Shown in pieces: positions 8,273-18,596 of a DNA stretch of 64,000 nt. The position numbers were made by a program, and so were the translations under genes. Position 1 is the first letter of the stretch; each line of letters starts with the position of its first letter. Under the pieces are notes generated by a model. It saw only the letters and a list, made by a program, of their open reading frames with translations. It made no database searches and was not told where the DNA came from. Location of the stretch: positions 6,656,001 to 6,720,000 of the forward strand of contig CBDDPY010000002.1 in the NCBI GenBank assembly GCA_965232515.1, read 5' to 3'. The DNA comes from Alphaproteobacteria bacterium (GTDB taxonomy: Bacteria > Pseudomonadota > Alphaproteobacteria > GCA-2731375).

Positions 8273-11023
8273 CTACTCCGCGGCGGCGGCGGGTCGGACG
8301 GGCTCGACCTTGACGGCGCAGTACTTAACCTCGGCGATCTTGCCGTAGGGGTCGAGGGCGTCGTTGGTCAAGAGGTTGGCCGCTGCCTCGGCGAAGCAGA
8401 ACGGCACGAAGACGCCGCCCTGGTGCACGCCCACGTCGGCGCGGGCAATCAGCTCGATCGCGCCGCGCCGGCTGGTCAGCCGCACGCGCGCGCCGGGGCT
8501 GAGCCCCAGGCGTTCCAGGTCGGCCGGCGCCATGTGCGCCACGGCCTCGGGCTCCAGGCTGTCGAGCACGCTTGCCCGCCTTGTGATGGCGCCGGTGTGC
8601 CAGTGCTCCAGCAGCCGCCCGGTCATCAGCACCATGGGGTAGTCCTGGTCCGGCACCTCGTCGGGCGACACCAGATCGGCCGGCACGAACTTGCCGCGGC
8701 CGCTCGCGGTGGGGAAGCCGTCTCCGAAGATCACCGGTTCGCCGGGATCGCCTTCCTGCAGGCAGGGATAGGTGACGGCGTCCTCGGCTTGCAGCCGTTC
8801 CCAGGTGATGCCGTGGATCGAGGCCATAACCTCGCGCATCTCGGCGAAGACGTCGGCCGGGCCCTTGTAGTCCCAGGCGAGGCCCAGGCGCCGGGCGATT
8901 TCCTGGATCAGCTCCAGGTCCTGGCGCGCCTCGCCCGGCAGCGGCACCGCCTTGCGACCGAGCTGGACCTGCCGGTTGGTGTTGGTGACCGTGCCGTCCT
9001 TCTCGGGCCAGGCCGACGCTGGCAGCACCACATCGGCATAGCACGCCGTCTCGGTCAGAAAGATGTCCTGCACCACCAGATGCTCGAGCTTCCGAAGCGC
9101 GGCGCGGGCGTGGCTGACGTTCGGGTCTGACATCGCCGGGTTCTCGCCCATGATGTACATGCCCCGGATCCGGTCGTCGTGGATTGCTTCCGTGATCTCG
9201 ACCACGGTCAGGCCCGGATTGGGATCGAGCTTGGCGTCCCAGAAATCCTCGAACTTCGCCCGCGCGCCGGCGTCGCCAACCGGCTGGTAGTCGGGAAAGA
9301 TCATGGGGATCAGGCCGGCGTCCGACGCGCCCTGCACGTTGTTCTGGCCCCTCAGCGGATGCAGGCCGGTGCCGGGCCGGCCGACCTGGCCGGTGGCGAG
9401 ACACAGCGAGATCAGACAACGCGAATTGTCGGTGCCGTGGATGTGCTGGCTGATGCCCATGCCCCAGAACACCATGGCCGCGCGCGCCGTGGCGAAGGCG
9501 CGGGCCGCCTCGCGCACCTGCTGGGCCGGCACGCCCGTATGCGGCTCCATCGCTTCCGGCGAGAAGGCTTTGACGTGTTCGGCCAGCGCTTCGTAGTTCT
9601 CGGTCTGGGCCTGGATGTACTGCCGGTCGGCCAGCCCCTCCTCGACAATGACGTGAAGCATGGCATTCAGCAGCGCCACGTCGCTCGCCGGTTTGATCTG
9701 CAGCATCCAGGTCGCGTGCCGGGCGAGCGAATAGCCGTGCGGGTCGACGCAGATCAGCTTGGTGCCGCGCTTCACCGCGTTCTTGAAAAAGGTCGCCGCG
9801 ACGGGGTGGTTCGAGGTCGGGTGCGCGCCGATGATCATGATCACGTCGGCGTTCATGGCCTCGGTGAACGGCGCGGTGACGGCGCCCGAGCCAATGGTCT
9901 CCATCAGCGCCGCCACCGACGACGCGTGACAGAGGCGCGTGCAGTGGTCGACGTTGTTGGTGCCGAAGCCGACGCGCACCAGCTTCTGGAACAGATACGC
10001 CTCTTCGTTCGAGCCTTTGGCCGAACCGAAGCCGGCGAGCGCGCCGCCGCCGTGCTGGTCGCGGATGCGGGCGAGACCGGCCGCCGCCCGGTCCAGCGCC
10101 TCCTCCCAGCTCGCCTCGCGGAAATGCGTCAGCGGATCGGCCGGATCGATGTCGACGTCGTCCTTCGCGACGCCGTCTTTCCGGATCAGCGGCACGGTCA
10201 GGCGCTGCGGGCTGTCGACATAGTCGAAGCCGAAGCGGCCCTTGACGCAGAGCCGGCCCAGGTTCGCCGGCCCCTCGCGGCCCTCGACATGGATGATGCG
10301 GTCGTCCTTGATGTTGAAGGTCAGCTGGCAGCCGACGCCGCAATAGGGGCAGACGGAATTCACCTGCCGGTCCGGCTCGATCTTGCCGACTTCGTTCGCC
10401 GGCATCAGCGCGCCGGTGGGGCAGGCCTGCACGCATTCGCCGCAGGCGACGCAGGTGCTCTCGCCCATGGGATCGTCGAAGTCGAAGACGATCTTCGCCT
10501 CGGCGCCGCGGCCGGCCATGCCGATCACGTCGTTCACCTGCACCTCGCGGCAGGCCCGGACACACAGGTTGCAGTGGATGCAGGCGTCCAGGTTCACCGC
10601 CATGGCCGGATGGCTGATGTCGGCGTCCGGCGTCAGGTGGGCGGGGAAGCGGCTGTCGGCGATGCCCAGATGATCGGCCCAGTGCCAGAACTCGGATGTC
10701 GGCTCGTGCGCCCGTTCCTTTGGCGGTTGGTCGGCGGCCAGCAGCTCGAACACCATGCGGCGCGCGTTGTCGGCCCGCGCGGTGTCGGAGTTGACCACCA
10801 TGCCGGGGCTCGGCTTGCGCACGCAGGACGCGGCCAGCACGCGCTCGCCCTCGATCTCGACCATGCAGGCGCGGCAATTGCCGTCGGCGCGGTAGGTCGG
10901 CGCCGTCGACCAGCAGAGATGCGGGATCTCGATGCCGATGCGTTTCGCCACCAGCCAGATGCTTTCGTCCCCGCGGGCGGTGACCTTGCGGCCGTTGAAG
11001 ATGAATTCGGTGCCGTCGCTCAT
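8273..11023 (-). CDS. Formate dehydrogenase alpha subunit (Mo/W-bisPGD; N-terminal 2Fe-2S and 4Fe-4S domains)
   Basis: IPHLC, GNCRAC, CIHCNLCVRAC, CVACGECVQAC, CPYCGVGC, active-site NNVDHCTRLCH (Cys) and PLRGQNNVQG. Confidence 0.93.
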   Translation of the reverse strand: MSDGTEFIFNGRKVTARGDESIWLVAKRIGIEIPHLCWSTAPTYRADGNCRACMVEIEGERVLAASCVRKPSPGMVVNSDTARADNARRMVFELLAADQPPKERAHEPTSEFWHWADHLGIADSRFPAHLTPDADISHPAMAVNLDACIHCNLCVRACREVQVNDVIGMAGRGAEAKIVFDFDDPMGESTCVACGECVQACPTGALMPANEVGKIEPDRQVNSVCPYCGVGCQLTFNIKDDRIIHVEGREGPANLGRLCVKGRFGFDYVDSPQRLTVPLIRKDGVAKDDVDIDPADPLTHFREASWEEALDRAAAGLARIRDQHGGGALAGFGSAKGSNEEAYLFQKLVRVGFGTNNVDHCTRLCHASSVAALMETIGSGAVTAPFTEAMNADVIMIIGAHPTSNHPVAATFFKNAVKRGTKLICVDPHGYSLARHATWMLQIKPASDVALLNAMLHVIVEEGLADRQYIQAQTENYEALAEHVKAFSPEAMEPHTGVPAQQVREAARAFATARAAMVFWGMGISQHIHGTDNSRCLISLCLATGQVGRPGTGLHPLRGQNNVQGASDAGLIPMIFPDYQPVGDAGARAKFEDFWDAKLDPNPGLTVVEITEAIHDDRIRGMYIMGENPAMSDPNVSHARAALRKLEHLVVQDIFLTETACYADVVLPASAWPEKDGTVTNTNRQVQLGRKAVPLPGEARQDLELIQEIARRLGLAWDYKGPADVFAEMREVMASIHGITWERLQAEDAVTYPCLQEGDPGEPVIFGDGFPTASGRGKFVPADLVSPDEVPDQDYPMVLMTGRLLEHWHTGAITRRASVLDSLEPEAVAHMAPADLERLGLSPGARVRLTSRRGAIELIARADVGVHQGGVFVPFCFAEAAANLLTNDALDPYGKIAEVKYCAVKVEPVRPAAAAE

Positions 11024-11033
11024 CTCGCGGCCC

Positions 11034-12746
11034 TCACGGCTTCCGACGCGGAATGTCGTCGGGGAAATACTTGAACACCGACAGCAGGCCGTTGGGCGCC
11101 GCCTGGCCCAAGCCGCAGATCGACGCGTCCATCATGCAGCCGCTCAGATCCGACAGCAGCGCCTCGTCCCAGTCCTTGGCCTGCATCAATTTGACGGCCT
11201 TCTCGGTGCCGGCGCGGCAGGGCGTGCACTGGCCGCAGGACTCGTCCTCGAAAAACCGCATCAGGTTCAGCGCCGCGTCGCTGGCATCGTCCCGGTCCGA
11301 CAGCACGACGACGGCGGCCGAGCCGATCAGGCAGCCATATTCCTCCAGCGTGCCGAAATCGAGCGGCAGGTCGGCGAGGCGCGCGGGCAGGATACCGCCC
11401 GAGGCGCCGCCCGGCAGATAGCCCTTGAACACATGACCGTCGGCCATGCCGCCGCAATACTCGTCGATCAGTTCGCGCGCGGTGATGCCGGCCGGCGCGA
11501 ACTTCACGCCCGGCTCCTTGACCCGGCCCGAGACCGAGAACGAGCGCCAGCCCTTGTGGCCGCGACGACCGGCCGATGTGAACCAGTCGTGGCCCTTCTC
11601 GATCAGGTCGCGCACCCAGTAGAGCGTCTCGACATTGTTGATCAGCGTCGGCCGGCCGAACAGGCCGACCTGACTGGGGAAGGGGGGCTTGTGCCGGGGC
11701 AAGCCGCGCTTGCCTTCGATGCTTTCCAGCATCGCCGACTCCTCGCCGCAGATATAGGCGCCGGCGCCGCGCCGGATGTGCACCTCCGGCGTGACCAGTC
11801 CGGCCGCGCGCGCATCGTCCAGCGCCCGCCCGAGGATCTCGTGCAGCTCGGGATATTCCGTGCGCAGGTAGATATAGACGGCGTCGGCCTCGATCGCCCA
11901 GGCGCCGATCAGCATGCCCTCCAAAAACCGGTGCGGGTCGCGCTCCAGGTAATAGCGGTCCTTGAAGGTGCCGGGCTCGCTCTCGTCCGCGTTCACCGCC
12001 ATCAGCCGCGGTCCGGGCTCGGCGCGCACGAAGCGCCACTTGCGGCCGGCCGGGAAGCCGGCGCCGCCCAGCCCGCGCAGGCCACTGTCCTCCAACGCCT
12101 GGATCACGTCCTCTGCCATACGTTCGCCCGCCATGCAGGCCGTCAGCAGGCCATAGCCGCCATCGGCGCGGTAGGCGTCCAATCCGACTGTTTCGTAGTC
12201 CTGCGGCGTCCGGTAGGTGCCGGCGACCGTCGCCTCGACATCTTCGGCCGTGGCGTTGGGAACATAGGTGCGGCCGACCGAACAGACCGGCCCCTGTTCG
12301 CAGCGCCCCATGCAGGCGCCGTGCGTCACCTGCACGTTGTCGCCGAGCTTCGTCTTCAGCTCGGCCGTGAGATCGCCGCCGCCCAGCATCTCGCAGACCA
12401 GGCTGTCGCAGACCCGGACCGTCACCGGCGGCGGCGGGGTCGCGTCTTCCTTCACCACGTCGAAGGCGTGATAGAAAGTCGCGACCTCATAGACCTCGGC
12501 CATGGCGAGGCGCATCTCGGCGGCCAGCGCCGCCAGGTGCCGGGCGGAGAGGTGGCCGTGGCGGTCCTGCAGCAGGTGCAGGAACTCGACCAGCAGGTCG
12601 GCGCGCCGGGGTCGATCGCCGAGCAAGGCCTGCACCTCGCCGAGCGCGGTCGGATCGACCTGCCGGCCCTTCAGGTGCCGCAGACCCTTGCCCCGGCTTT
12701 TGCCGGGGTGGCGTTGTTGTCCGTTCGCGCCGTTGCCCTTGCTCAT
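11034..12746 (-). CDS. Formate dehydrogenase beta/diaphorase subunit (NuoE-NuoF-like fusion)
   Basis: EVATFYHAF, CDSLVC, LRGLGGAGFPAGRKW, NADESEPGTFKD, GAYICGEESA and ESCGQCTPCR. Confidence 0.92.
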   Translation of the reverse strand: MSKGNGANGQQRHPGKSRGKGLRHLKGRQVDPTALGEVQALLGDRPRRADLLVEFLHLLQDRHGHLSARHLAALAAEMRLAMAEVYEVATFYHAFDVVKEDATPPPPVTVRVCDSLVCEMLGGGDLTAELKTKLGDNVQVTHGACMGRCEQGPVCSVGRTYVPNATAEDVEATVAGTYRTPQDYETVGLDAYRADGGYGLLTACMAGERMAEDVIQALEDSGLRGLGGAGFPAGRKWRFVRAEPGPRLMAVNADESEPGTFKDRYYLERDPHRFLEGMLIGAWAIEADAVYIYLRTEYPELHEILGRALDDARAAGLVTPEVHIRRGAGAYICGEESAMLESIEGKRGLPRHKPPFPSQVGLFGRPTLINNVETLYWVRDLIEKGHDWFTSAGRRGHKGWRSFSVSGRVKEPGVKFAPAGITARELIDEYCGGMADGHVFKGYLPGGASGGILPARLADLPLDFGTLEEYGCLIGSAAVVVLSDRDDASDAALNLMRFFEDESCGQCTPCRAGTEKAVKLMQAKDWDEALLSDLSGCMMDASICGLGQAAPNGLLSVFKYFPDDIPRRKP

Positions 12747-12845
12747 ATCGTTCCGTCAGCCGTCACCGCGCCCTGAAATCTAGCCTCGGGCGAAACCGTC
12801 AATCCGGCCCCTGCCGACATCGGCTGGTCAGATGGCGGCACCGCG

Positions 12846-13031
12846 CTAGTCGCCCCGGCCGTCGGCGACCACGATCAGGTCGATGACGTCGCCCAGGATC
12901 AACTGCTTGCCTTCATGTTCGAAGTTGACGGTGATTCGGTTGCCGATCACCGACTGTACCTGGCCGTCGCCCCAATCCGGCCGGTCGGGATGGCGCACGA
13001 TCGCGCCCGGCACGATCTGACCGTAGCTCAT
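12846..13031 (-). CDS. DUF3553 family small protein
   Basis: PGAIVRHPDRPDWGDGQVQSVIGNRITVNFEHEGK; typical neighbour of chpT. Confidence 0.8.
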   Translation of the reverse strand: MSYGQIVPGAIVRHPDRPDWGDGQVQSVIGNRITVNFEHEGKQLILGDVIDLIVVADGRGD

Positions 13032-13177
13032 GATGTCCAAGTATTCGCAAGCAGTTGACGGTTTGGCGAAGCCTAGCGCCTCGGGCCGACGGCGGCAAAC
13101 GGCGCGTGTCCGTTTACATGGCGGTTTCGATATGTTGAGAATGGCGCGCGATAACGGTCCTGGTCAGGAATCCGATT

Positions 13178-13825
13178 TTGAGCAACGAACTCGATCTCGC
13201 CGCCCTTCTCAGTTCACGTCTCTGCCACGATCTGGTCGGCCCCGTCGGGGCGATCGGCAACGGCCTGGAAGTCATGCAGGATGACGACGACCCGGCGATG
13301 CGCGATCAGGCCATCGAGCTGCTGGGCCTGAGCGTCGGCCAGGCGCTCGGCCGGCTGAAATTCTACCGCATGGCCTTCGGCGCCTCGTCCGGCGCCGGCG
13401 CCGACATCAGCCTGCGCGACGCCCGCCAGGTGGCGCAGGACTTCCTGGAGGGCGGCCGGGTGACGCTCGACTGGCCGGACGACAGCGTCACCGTCGACGG
13501 CGGCATCGGCAAATCGGCGGTGAAGCTGTTGATGAACATGGTCCTGCTCGGCAGCGAGGCGCTGCCCCGGGGCGGCAGCCTTGCCGTGGCCATCAGCCGC
13601 AACGGCGCTGGCAGCCATCTTGCCGTCACGGCCTCGGGGGAGGGCGCCCGCCTGCCGGACAAGGCGGTGGTGGCGTTGCGCCCGGACGTCAGCCTGGGCG
13701 AGGTCGAGCCCAAGGCGGCGCCGGTCTACCTCGCGGTGCAGCTGGCCCGCGCGCTCGGCAGCGAGCTGCGCGCGGCGCAAGCCGATGACAAGGTCTCGAT
13801 CGACGCGGAACCCCGCCAAGTGTGA
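13178..13825 (+). CDS. chpT: Histidine phosphotransferase ChpT
   Basis: LAALLSSRLCHDLVGPVGAIGNGLE, RLKFYRMAFG and ALPRGG motifs. Confidence 0.93.
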   Translation: MSNELDLAALLSSRLCHDLVGPVGAIGNGLEVMQDDDDPAMRDQAIELLGLSVGQALGRLKFYRMAFGASSGAGADISLRDARQVAQDFLEGGRVTLDWPDDSVTVDGGIGKSAVKLLMNMVLLGSEALPRGGSLAVAISRNGAGSHLAVTASGEGARLPDKAVVALRPDVSLGEVEPKAAPVYLAVQLARALGSELRAAQADDKVSIDAEPRQV

Positions 13826-13850
13826 CGACGGACACAGGCGGCGACCCGAT

Positions 13851-13865
13851 TTTACGCCATTTTAA
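13851..13865. promoter_or_regulatory. CtrA-like box upstream of cheY
   Basis: TTTA-CGCCATT-TTAA, one mismatch to TTAA-N7-TTAA. Confidence 0.5.
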
Positions 13866-14162
13866 TGTGCATAAGAGATAGTGGATCGTTGTGAATCGTT
13901 GCGTATCAACGCGTATCAAACGTTCCCACATGGCCGTCCGGAACCGGGCGAACGATGGCCGAGATGAGCGTGATAGAGACTGAAGTTCCGTACTGGCGAT
14001 CGCCTTTCGGCGGCGTCTCTCAGAGCGCCCCGGGGCTCGGGCGCAAATACCGCACAAACGCAAACAAGACCACAAAAAGGCATGAAAAATGCGCTCCACC
14101 AGCGTGTGGAGCTGGCCGTTCTGGCATGACGGGGGAGAGCTTTGCTTTTGGAGTCCGAGAAC

Positions 14163-14531
14163 ATGACATCCTGTCTCATCGTCGATGATTCGAACGTCAT
14201 CCGCATGGTCGCGCGCCGTATCCTCGAATCCTTCTCCTTCGACATCACAGAGGCCGTCGACGGCCGCCAGGCGCTCGATATGTGCTGCAAGGACATGCCG
14301 GACGTGATCCTGCTGGACTGGAACATGCCGGTCATGAACGGCATCGACTTCCTGCACCGGCTGCGCGAGCACGAGGGCGGCGAGGCGCCGGTGGTGGTGT
14401 TCTGCACCACCGAGAACGATCGGGCGCATCTGCGCGAGGCCATCGAGGCCGGCGCCAACGAGTGCATCATGAAGCCGTTCGACCGCGACATCATCGAGGC
14501 CAAGTTCGTTCAGGTCGGGCTCCTGCAGTAA
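14163..14531 (+). CDS. cheY: CheY-like single-domain response regulator
   Basis: CLIVDDS, ILLDWNMPVMNG, FCTTEN and IMKPFD motifs. Confidence 0.88.
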   Translation: MTSCLIVDDSNVIRMVARRILESFSFDITEAVDGRQALDMCCKDMPDVILLDWNMPVMNGIDFLHRLREHEGGEAPVVVFCTTENDRAHLREAIEAGANECIMKPFDRDIIEAKFVQVGLLQ

Positions 14532-14568
14532 CCGGTATCGCGCACTCCCCCGGCTGCGGCCCGGGCAC

Positions 14569-14598
14569 AAAAAAAGCCACCCGTAAGGGTGGCTTTTT
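14569..14598. terminator. Bidirectional intrinsic terminator
   Basis: AAAAAAAGCCACCC-GTAA-GGGTGGCTTTTT between the convergent cheY and ctrA genes. Confidence 0.85.
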
Positions 14599-14626
14599 GA
14601 GTTCTGCGTGTCGCTCTTGAGAACCC

Positions 14627-15328
14627 TCAGGCGGCGGCGTCCTCTTCGGAGGCCGGCGGATCGCGCAGCACGTAGCCGCGTCCCCAAACCGTCTCGATGT
14701 AGTGATCGCCGCCGGTGGCCATGGCCAGCTTCTTGCGCAGCTTGCAGATGAAGACGTCGATGATCTTCAACTCTGGCTCGTCCATGCCGCCGTAGAGATG
14801 GTTCAGAAACATCTCCTTGGTCAGCGTCGTGCCCTTGCGCAGCGACAGCAGCTCCAGCATGGCGTATTCCTTGCCGGTCAGGTGCAGGCGCTGGCCTTCG
14901 ACCTCGACCGAACGGGAGTCGAGATTGACGGTCAGCTTGCCGGTGCGGATGACCGACTCGGCGTGGCCCTTCGAGCGGCGCACGATCGCGTGGATGCGGG
15001 CGATCAGCTCGCGCTTGTCGAACGGCTTGGTCATGTAGTCGTCGGCGCCGAAGCCCAGGCCCTTGACCTTGTCATCGGGCTCGGACATGCCGGACAGGAT
15101 CAGGATCGGCGTCTCGACCTTGGCCACCCGCATCTTCTTCAGCACGTCATAGCCGTGCATATCGGGCAGGTTCAGATCGAGAATAATGATGTCGTAGTCG
15201 TAGAGCTTGCCGAGATCCAGACCTTCTTCGCCGAGGTCTGTCGTGTAAATGTTAAAGCCCTCGCTCTGGAGCATCAGTTCGATGCTCTTGGCGGTAGGCG
15301 AGTCGTCTTCGATCAAAAGCACACGCAT
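14627..15328 (-). CDS. ctrA: Cell-cycle response regulator CtrA
   Basis: MRVLLIEDD...[21 protein letters not shown]...[31 protein letters not shown]...IETVWGRGY. Confidence 0.97.
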   Translation of the reverse strand: MRVLLIEDDSPTAKSIELMLQSEGFNIYTTDLGEEGLDLGKLYDYDIIILDLNLPDMHGYDVLKKMRVAKVETPILILSGMSEPDDKVKGLGFGADDYMTKPFDKRELIARIHAIVRRSKGHAESVIRTGKLTVNLDSRSVEVEGQRLHLTGKEYAMLELLSLRKGTTLTKEMFLNHLYGGMDEPELKIIDVFICKLRKKLAMATGGDHYIETVWGRGYVLRDPPASEEDAAA

Positions 15329-15376
15329 CTATCGGTCTCCGTGGCGTACCGTAAAGTTTAATTAACAGTACCAAGA

Positions 15377-15392
15377 TTAAGATATGGTTAAC
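15377..15392. promoter_or_regulatory. CtrA box (autoregulation) upstream of ctrA
   Basis: Perfect TTAA-GATATGG-TTAAC. Confidence 0.85.
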
Positions 15393-15468
15393 AGAGGCCC
15401 GGTTAGCCGTTGTTTTAATTTACTTTTATCCGTTCGGGCGGGTTGCCGAACCACGCGTCGGTAAGTGT

Positions 15469-15483
15469 TTTACCGAACCTTAA
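15469..15483. promoter_or_regulatory. CtrA-like box upstream of fliI
   Basis: TTTA-CCGAACC-TTAA. Confidence 0.55.
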
Positions 15484-15560
15484 AGCCGCTGCTTCACTAT
15501 CCGATTCGGGAGGCCCATGGGGCCAGGCTTAAGGCCTTATGACGTTACCGGATCAGTTCC

Positions 15561-16937
15561 TTGCAAACCCTTGTCAGTGAAATTCAGCGTCTGCCCGCCT
15601 ATCAGCTCTATGGGCGCGTGGCGGGCGTCCAGGGCCTGCTGCTGGAAGTCGCCGGCATCGAGCGCAGCCTGAGCATCGGCTCGCACTGCCGCATTCAGGC
15701 GCGCGGCGGGGCCGAGGTGCTGGCCGAAGTCGTCGGCTTTCGAAACGATCGTGCGCTGCTGATGCCGTTCGGGCCGCTCGACGGCGTCGGCCTGGGCTGT
15801 AAGGCCTATGTGGAGGAGCACAGGTCGTTCGTCTTTCCGGACCCGTCCTGGCTGGGCCGGGTGGTCAACGCCATGGGCGAGCCGCTGGATGGCGGGCCGC
15901 CGTTGCGACAGGGCAACGTCGCCTTTCCGCTGCGCGGCATGCCGCCACCGGCCCATGCACGGCAGCGGGTCGAAGGCAAAATCGACCTGGGCGTGCGTGC
16001 GCTCAATACCTTCCTGACCTGTTGTCACGGCCAGCGCATGGGCATTTTCGCCGGCTCGGGCGTCGGCAAATCCGTGATGCTGTCGATGCTGGCCCGCCAC
16101 ACAGATTCAGATGTGGCGGTGATCGGTCTGGTCGGTGAACGTGGCCGCGAGGTGCAGGAGTTCATCAAGAAGGACTTGGGCGAAGAGGGTTTGCGCCGCA
16201 GCATCATCGTCGTCGCCACCTCGGCCGAGACCGCGCTGATGCGGCGGCAGGCGGCCTACCTGACGATGACGCTGGCCGAATACTTCCGGGATCTGGACAA
16301 AAGCGTGCTGTGCATGATGGACAGCGTGACGCGCTTCGCCATGGCCCAGCGCGAGATCGGCCTGGCGGGCGGCGAACCGCCGGCCAGCAAAGGTTACACG
16401 CCATCGGTGTTTGCCGAGCTGCCGAAGCTGCTGGAGCGGGCCGGCCCCGGCACCGGCCAGGGCTTCATCACCGGCCTGTTCACGGTCCTGGTCGAGGGCG
16501 ACGATCACAACGAGCCGGTCTCGGATGCCGTGCGCGGCATCTTGGACGGCCACATCGTGCTGGATCGCGCCATCGCCGAGCGCGGCCGCTGGCCGGCTGT
16601 GAATGTGCTGCGCAGCATTTCGCGGACCATGCCGGACTGTAACGCGCCCGAGGAGACAGCCGTGATCGTGCGCGCCAAGCAGTTGATGGCGACGTATGAG
16701 AACATGGAAGAGCTGATCCGGCTCGGCGCCTATCGGGTCGGCACCGATGCAGCTATCGACGAAGCCATCCGTTATCACGACGGCCTGGAGGCGTTCCTTT
16801 CGCAGGGCAAGGACGAGGTCTCGCGGCTCGGCGACGGGTTCGCCCAACTGGCGCAACTGCTCGACGCCAATGCCGGACCTGGCGACGAGCTGCCGCCCGA
16901 CCCGGGTCAGCAGCCGGATGCTGAGGTTCTGACGTGA
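15561..16937 (+). CDS. fliI: Flagellar export ATPase FliI
   Basis: [38 protein letters not shown] and LDGHIVL motifs. Confidence 0.96.
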   Translation: MQTLVSEIQRLPAYQLYGRVAGVQGLLLEVAGIERSLSIGSHCRIQARGGAEVLAEVVGFRNDRALLMPFGPLDGVGLGCKAYVEEHRSFVFPDPSWLGRVVNAMGEPLDGGPPLRQGNVAFPLRGMPPPAHARQRVEGKIDLGVRALNTFLTCCHGQRMGIFAGSGVGKSVMLSMLARHTDSDVAVIGLVGERGREVQEFIKKDLGEEGLRRSIIVVATSAETALMRRQAAYLTMTLAEYFRDLDKSVLCMMDSVTRFAMAQREIGLAGGEPPASKGYTPSVFAELPKLLERAGPGTGQGFITGLFTVLVEGDDHNEPVSDAVRGILDGHIVLDRAIAERGRWPAVNVLRSISRTMPDCNAPEETAVIVRAKQLMATYENMEELIRLGAYRVGTDAAIDEAIRYHDGLEAFLSQGKDEVSRLGDGFAQLAQLLDANAGPGDELPPDPGQQPDAEVLT

Positions 16938-17353
16938 GCCGGCGGCTGGCCGGACTGATCCGCCTGCAGCGCTGGAAGGTCGACGAGAAGCGGCGGGCGC
17001 TGGCCGATCTGCAAGCTCTGCATGCCGAATTGTCGGCCAAGGTCGAGGCGCTCGAGGCCGAGGTCGTTGCGGAGCAGCAAAGCGCCGCCGCCAACGGCAC
17101 TGCCTTTGCCTACCGCGCATATGCCGAACAGGTCATTCAGCGCCGCGAGACGCTGGCAGAATCGATTGCCGAGGTTTTGCAAGCGTTGATGAAGGCGCAG
17201 GGCGAGCTGTCGGACGCCTATCAGGAAGCCAAACGCTATGAAATGGCCCAGGATCGGGCGCAACAGCGGCTGGCGGCCGAAGCCGCGCGTCGCGAGCAGA
17301 TCGACCTGGACGAGATCGGGCTGAATATCTACCGCCGAAGCAAAGCCGACTGA
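16934..17353 (+). CDS. fliJ: Flagellar export protein FliJ
   Basis: Coiled-coil ORF overlapping the fliI stop; [14 protein letters not shown]...EQIDLDE. Confidence 0.85.
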   Translation: MSRRLAGLIRLQRWKVDEKRRALADLQALHAELSAKVEALEAEVVAEQQSAAANGTAFAYRAYAEQVIQRRETLAESIAEVLQALMKAQGELSDAYQEAKRYEMAQDRAQQRLAAEAARREQIDLDEIGLNIYRRSKAD

Positions 17354-17366
17354 GGCCCGGATCGGA

Positions 17367-17801
17367 CTACCAGACTTCGAGCCTGTCCAGCAGGTGCGGC
17401 GTGTCCCAACCGGGCTGCCGGTCTTCGAGCACGACGCGGTGACCGTCGCCGACATCGACGCGCAGGTTCAGCCAGCGCGGCACCAGTTCATTGTTCAGGT
17501 CGTCGAACGCGGCCGTCGCCAGCGCTTCGGGCGAGGTCCAATCCTGGGATGCCAGGACGCTTCCGTATGGAGGCAGGGCGTCGGTCGCGAGGATTAGTCT
17601 GTCGGGCACGAACCGGAACGTCAGCATCACAAGCGCGGGCATCTCAGGCGGCAGCGCGTCGGCCGGCAGTGTCTGCCGGTGCAGACCCAGATAATCCAGC
17701 CCCGGCCGGGGATTGGGTGAGGTCAACAGCATCCGCCGCCGTTCGCCGACCGGATCGGAGTCCGTAAACGCGGCGGGCTCGAGCTCGACGATGGCCGACA
17801 T
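17367..17801 (-). CDS. Hypothetical protein with QueF/T-fold-like motifs and no Cys
   Basis: LTSPNP..LDY, FRFVPDRLIL and SPEALATAAFDDLNNELVPRWL resemble QueF segments. Starts 3 nt after the flhG stop. Confidence 0.65.
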   Translation of the reverse strand: MSAIVELEPAAFTDSDPVGERRRMLLTSPNPRPGLDYLGLHRQTLPADALPPEMPALVMLTFRFVPDRLILATDALPPYGSVLASQDWTSPEALATAAFDDLNNELVPRWLNLRVDVGDGHRVVLEDRQPGWDTPHLLDRLEVW

Positions 17802-17804
17802 GGA

Positions 17805-18596
17805 TCAGCGATCCTTGAGCAAAGCCGCCGCCAGGCCTTCGATATCCTCGGCCACCGGCTCTGTCGGGTAGCGGTTCAGGAACGCTGTCTGGCGTCGGAT
17901 ACACTCGCGCACCTTGTCGTCGCGCCGAACGATGCCGGCGAGCGGCGGCGACAGCTTCAGGAAGTTTCGGCACGCCTTGCGCAGGGTTTCAAATGTCCGT
18001 TCGCCCTGCTTCAGGTTCGCCGCCATGTTGATGGCGATCCGGATGTCGGCCTTCGGCGCCTTCATCGCCGTGACCTTGATGTAGGCATAGGCATCGGTCA
18101 GCGAGGTCGGCTCGTCGGTCGCCAGCACCAGCGTGGTGCCGGCCTTCGGCGATAGCGCGCGAATGCCGGCTTCGACACCGGCGCCAAGGTCAAGGACCAC
18201 GTTGTCGTATTGCTGCGACAGACGCCACAAATCCTGCTGGATCGACTTCATGCGCTGGGCGTCGAGATCGGCCAGAACGCCGGAGCCGGACTTGCCGGCC
18301 AGGATGTCGAAGCCGCCATCGTCGAAGCGCGTGACCGCGTCCCGCATCGCGGCCTGTCCGCTGGCCACGTCGCCCAGGTCCTTCGTAACCTCGAGACCGA
18401 GCTGGATATCGACATTCGCCAGGCCGAGATCGCCGTCGAACAGCAGGGCCCGCCGTCCCTGCCGCGCCAGCGCGTGGGCCAGCGAAATCGCCAGCCAGGT
18501 CTTGCCGACGCCACCCTTGCCCGATGCAATCGTGATGACGTTGGCGCCGGGCGCGCTGCTGGCCGGATGAACGGCGGTGCGTGGAGCGGCGGTCAT
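17805..18596 (-). CDS. flhG: MinD/ParA-like flagellar ATPase FlhG/FleN
   Basis: ASGKGGVGKT, DGDLGLANVD and EPTSLTDAYA; directly after flhF. Confidence 0.9.
   Translation of the reverse strand: MTAAPRTAVHPASSAPGANVITIASGKGGVGKTWLAISLAHALARQGRRALLFDGDLGLANVDIQLGLEVTKDLGDVASGQAAMRDAVTRFDDGGFDILAGKSGSGVLADLDAQRMKSIQQDLWRLSQQYDNVVLDLGAGVEAGIRALSPKAGTTLVLATDEPTSLTDAYAYIKVTAMKAPKADIRIAINMAANLKQGERTFETLRKACRNFLKLSPPLAGIVRRDDKVRECIRRQTAFLNRYPTEPVAEDIEGLAAALLKDR

Noticed and set aside
9920-9950. Selenocysteine in the FDH active site
   Set aside because: The ORF is uninterrupted and has Cys (CTRLCH).
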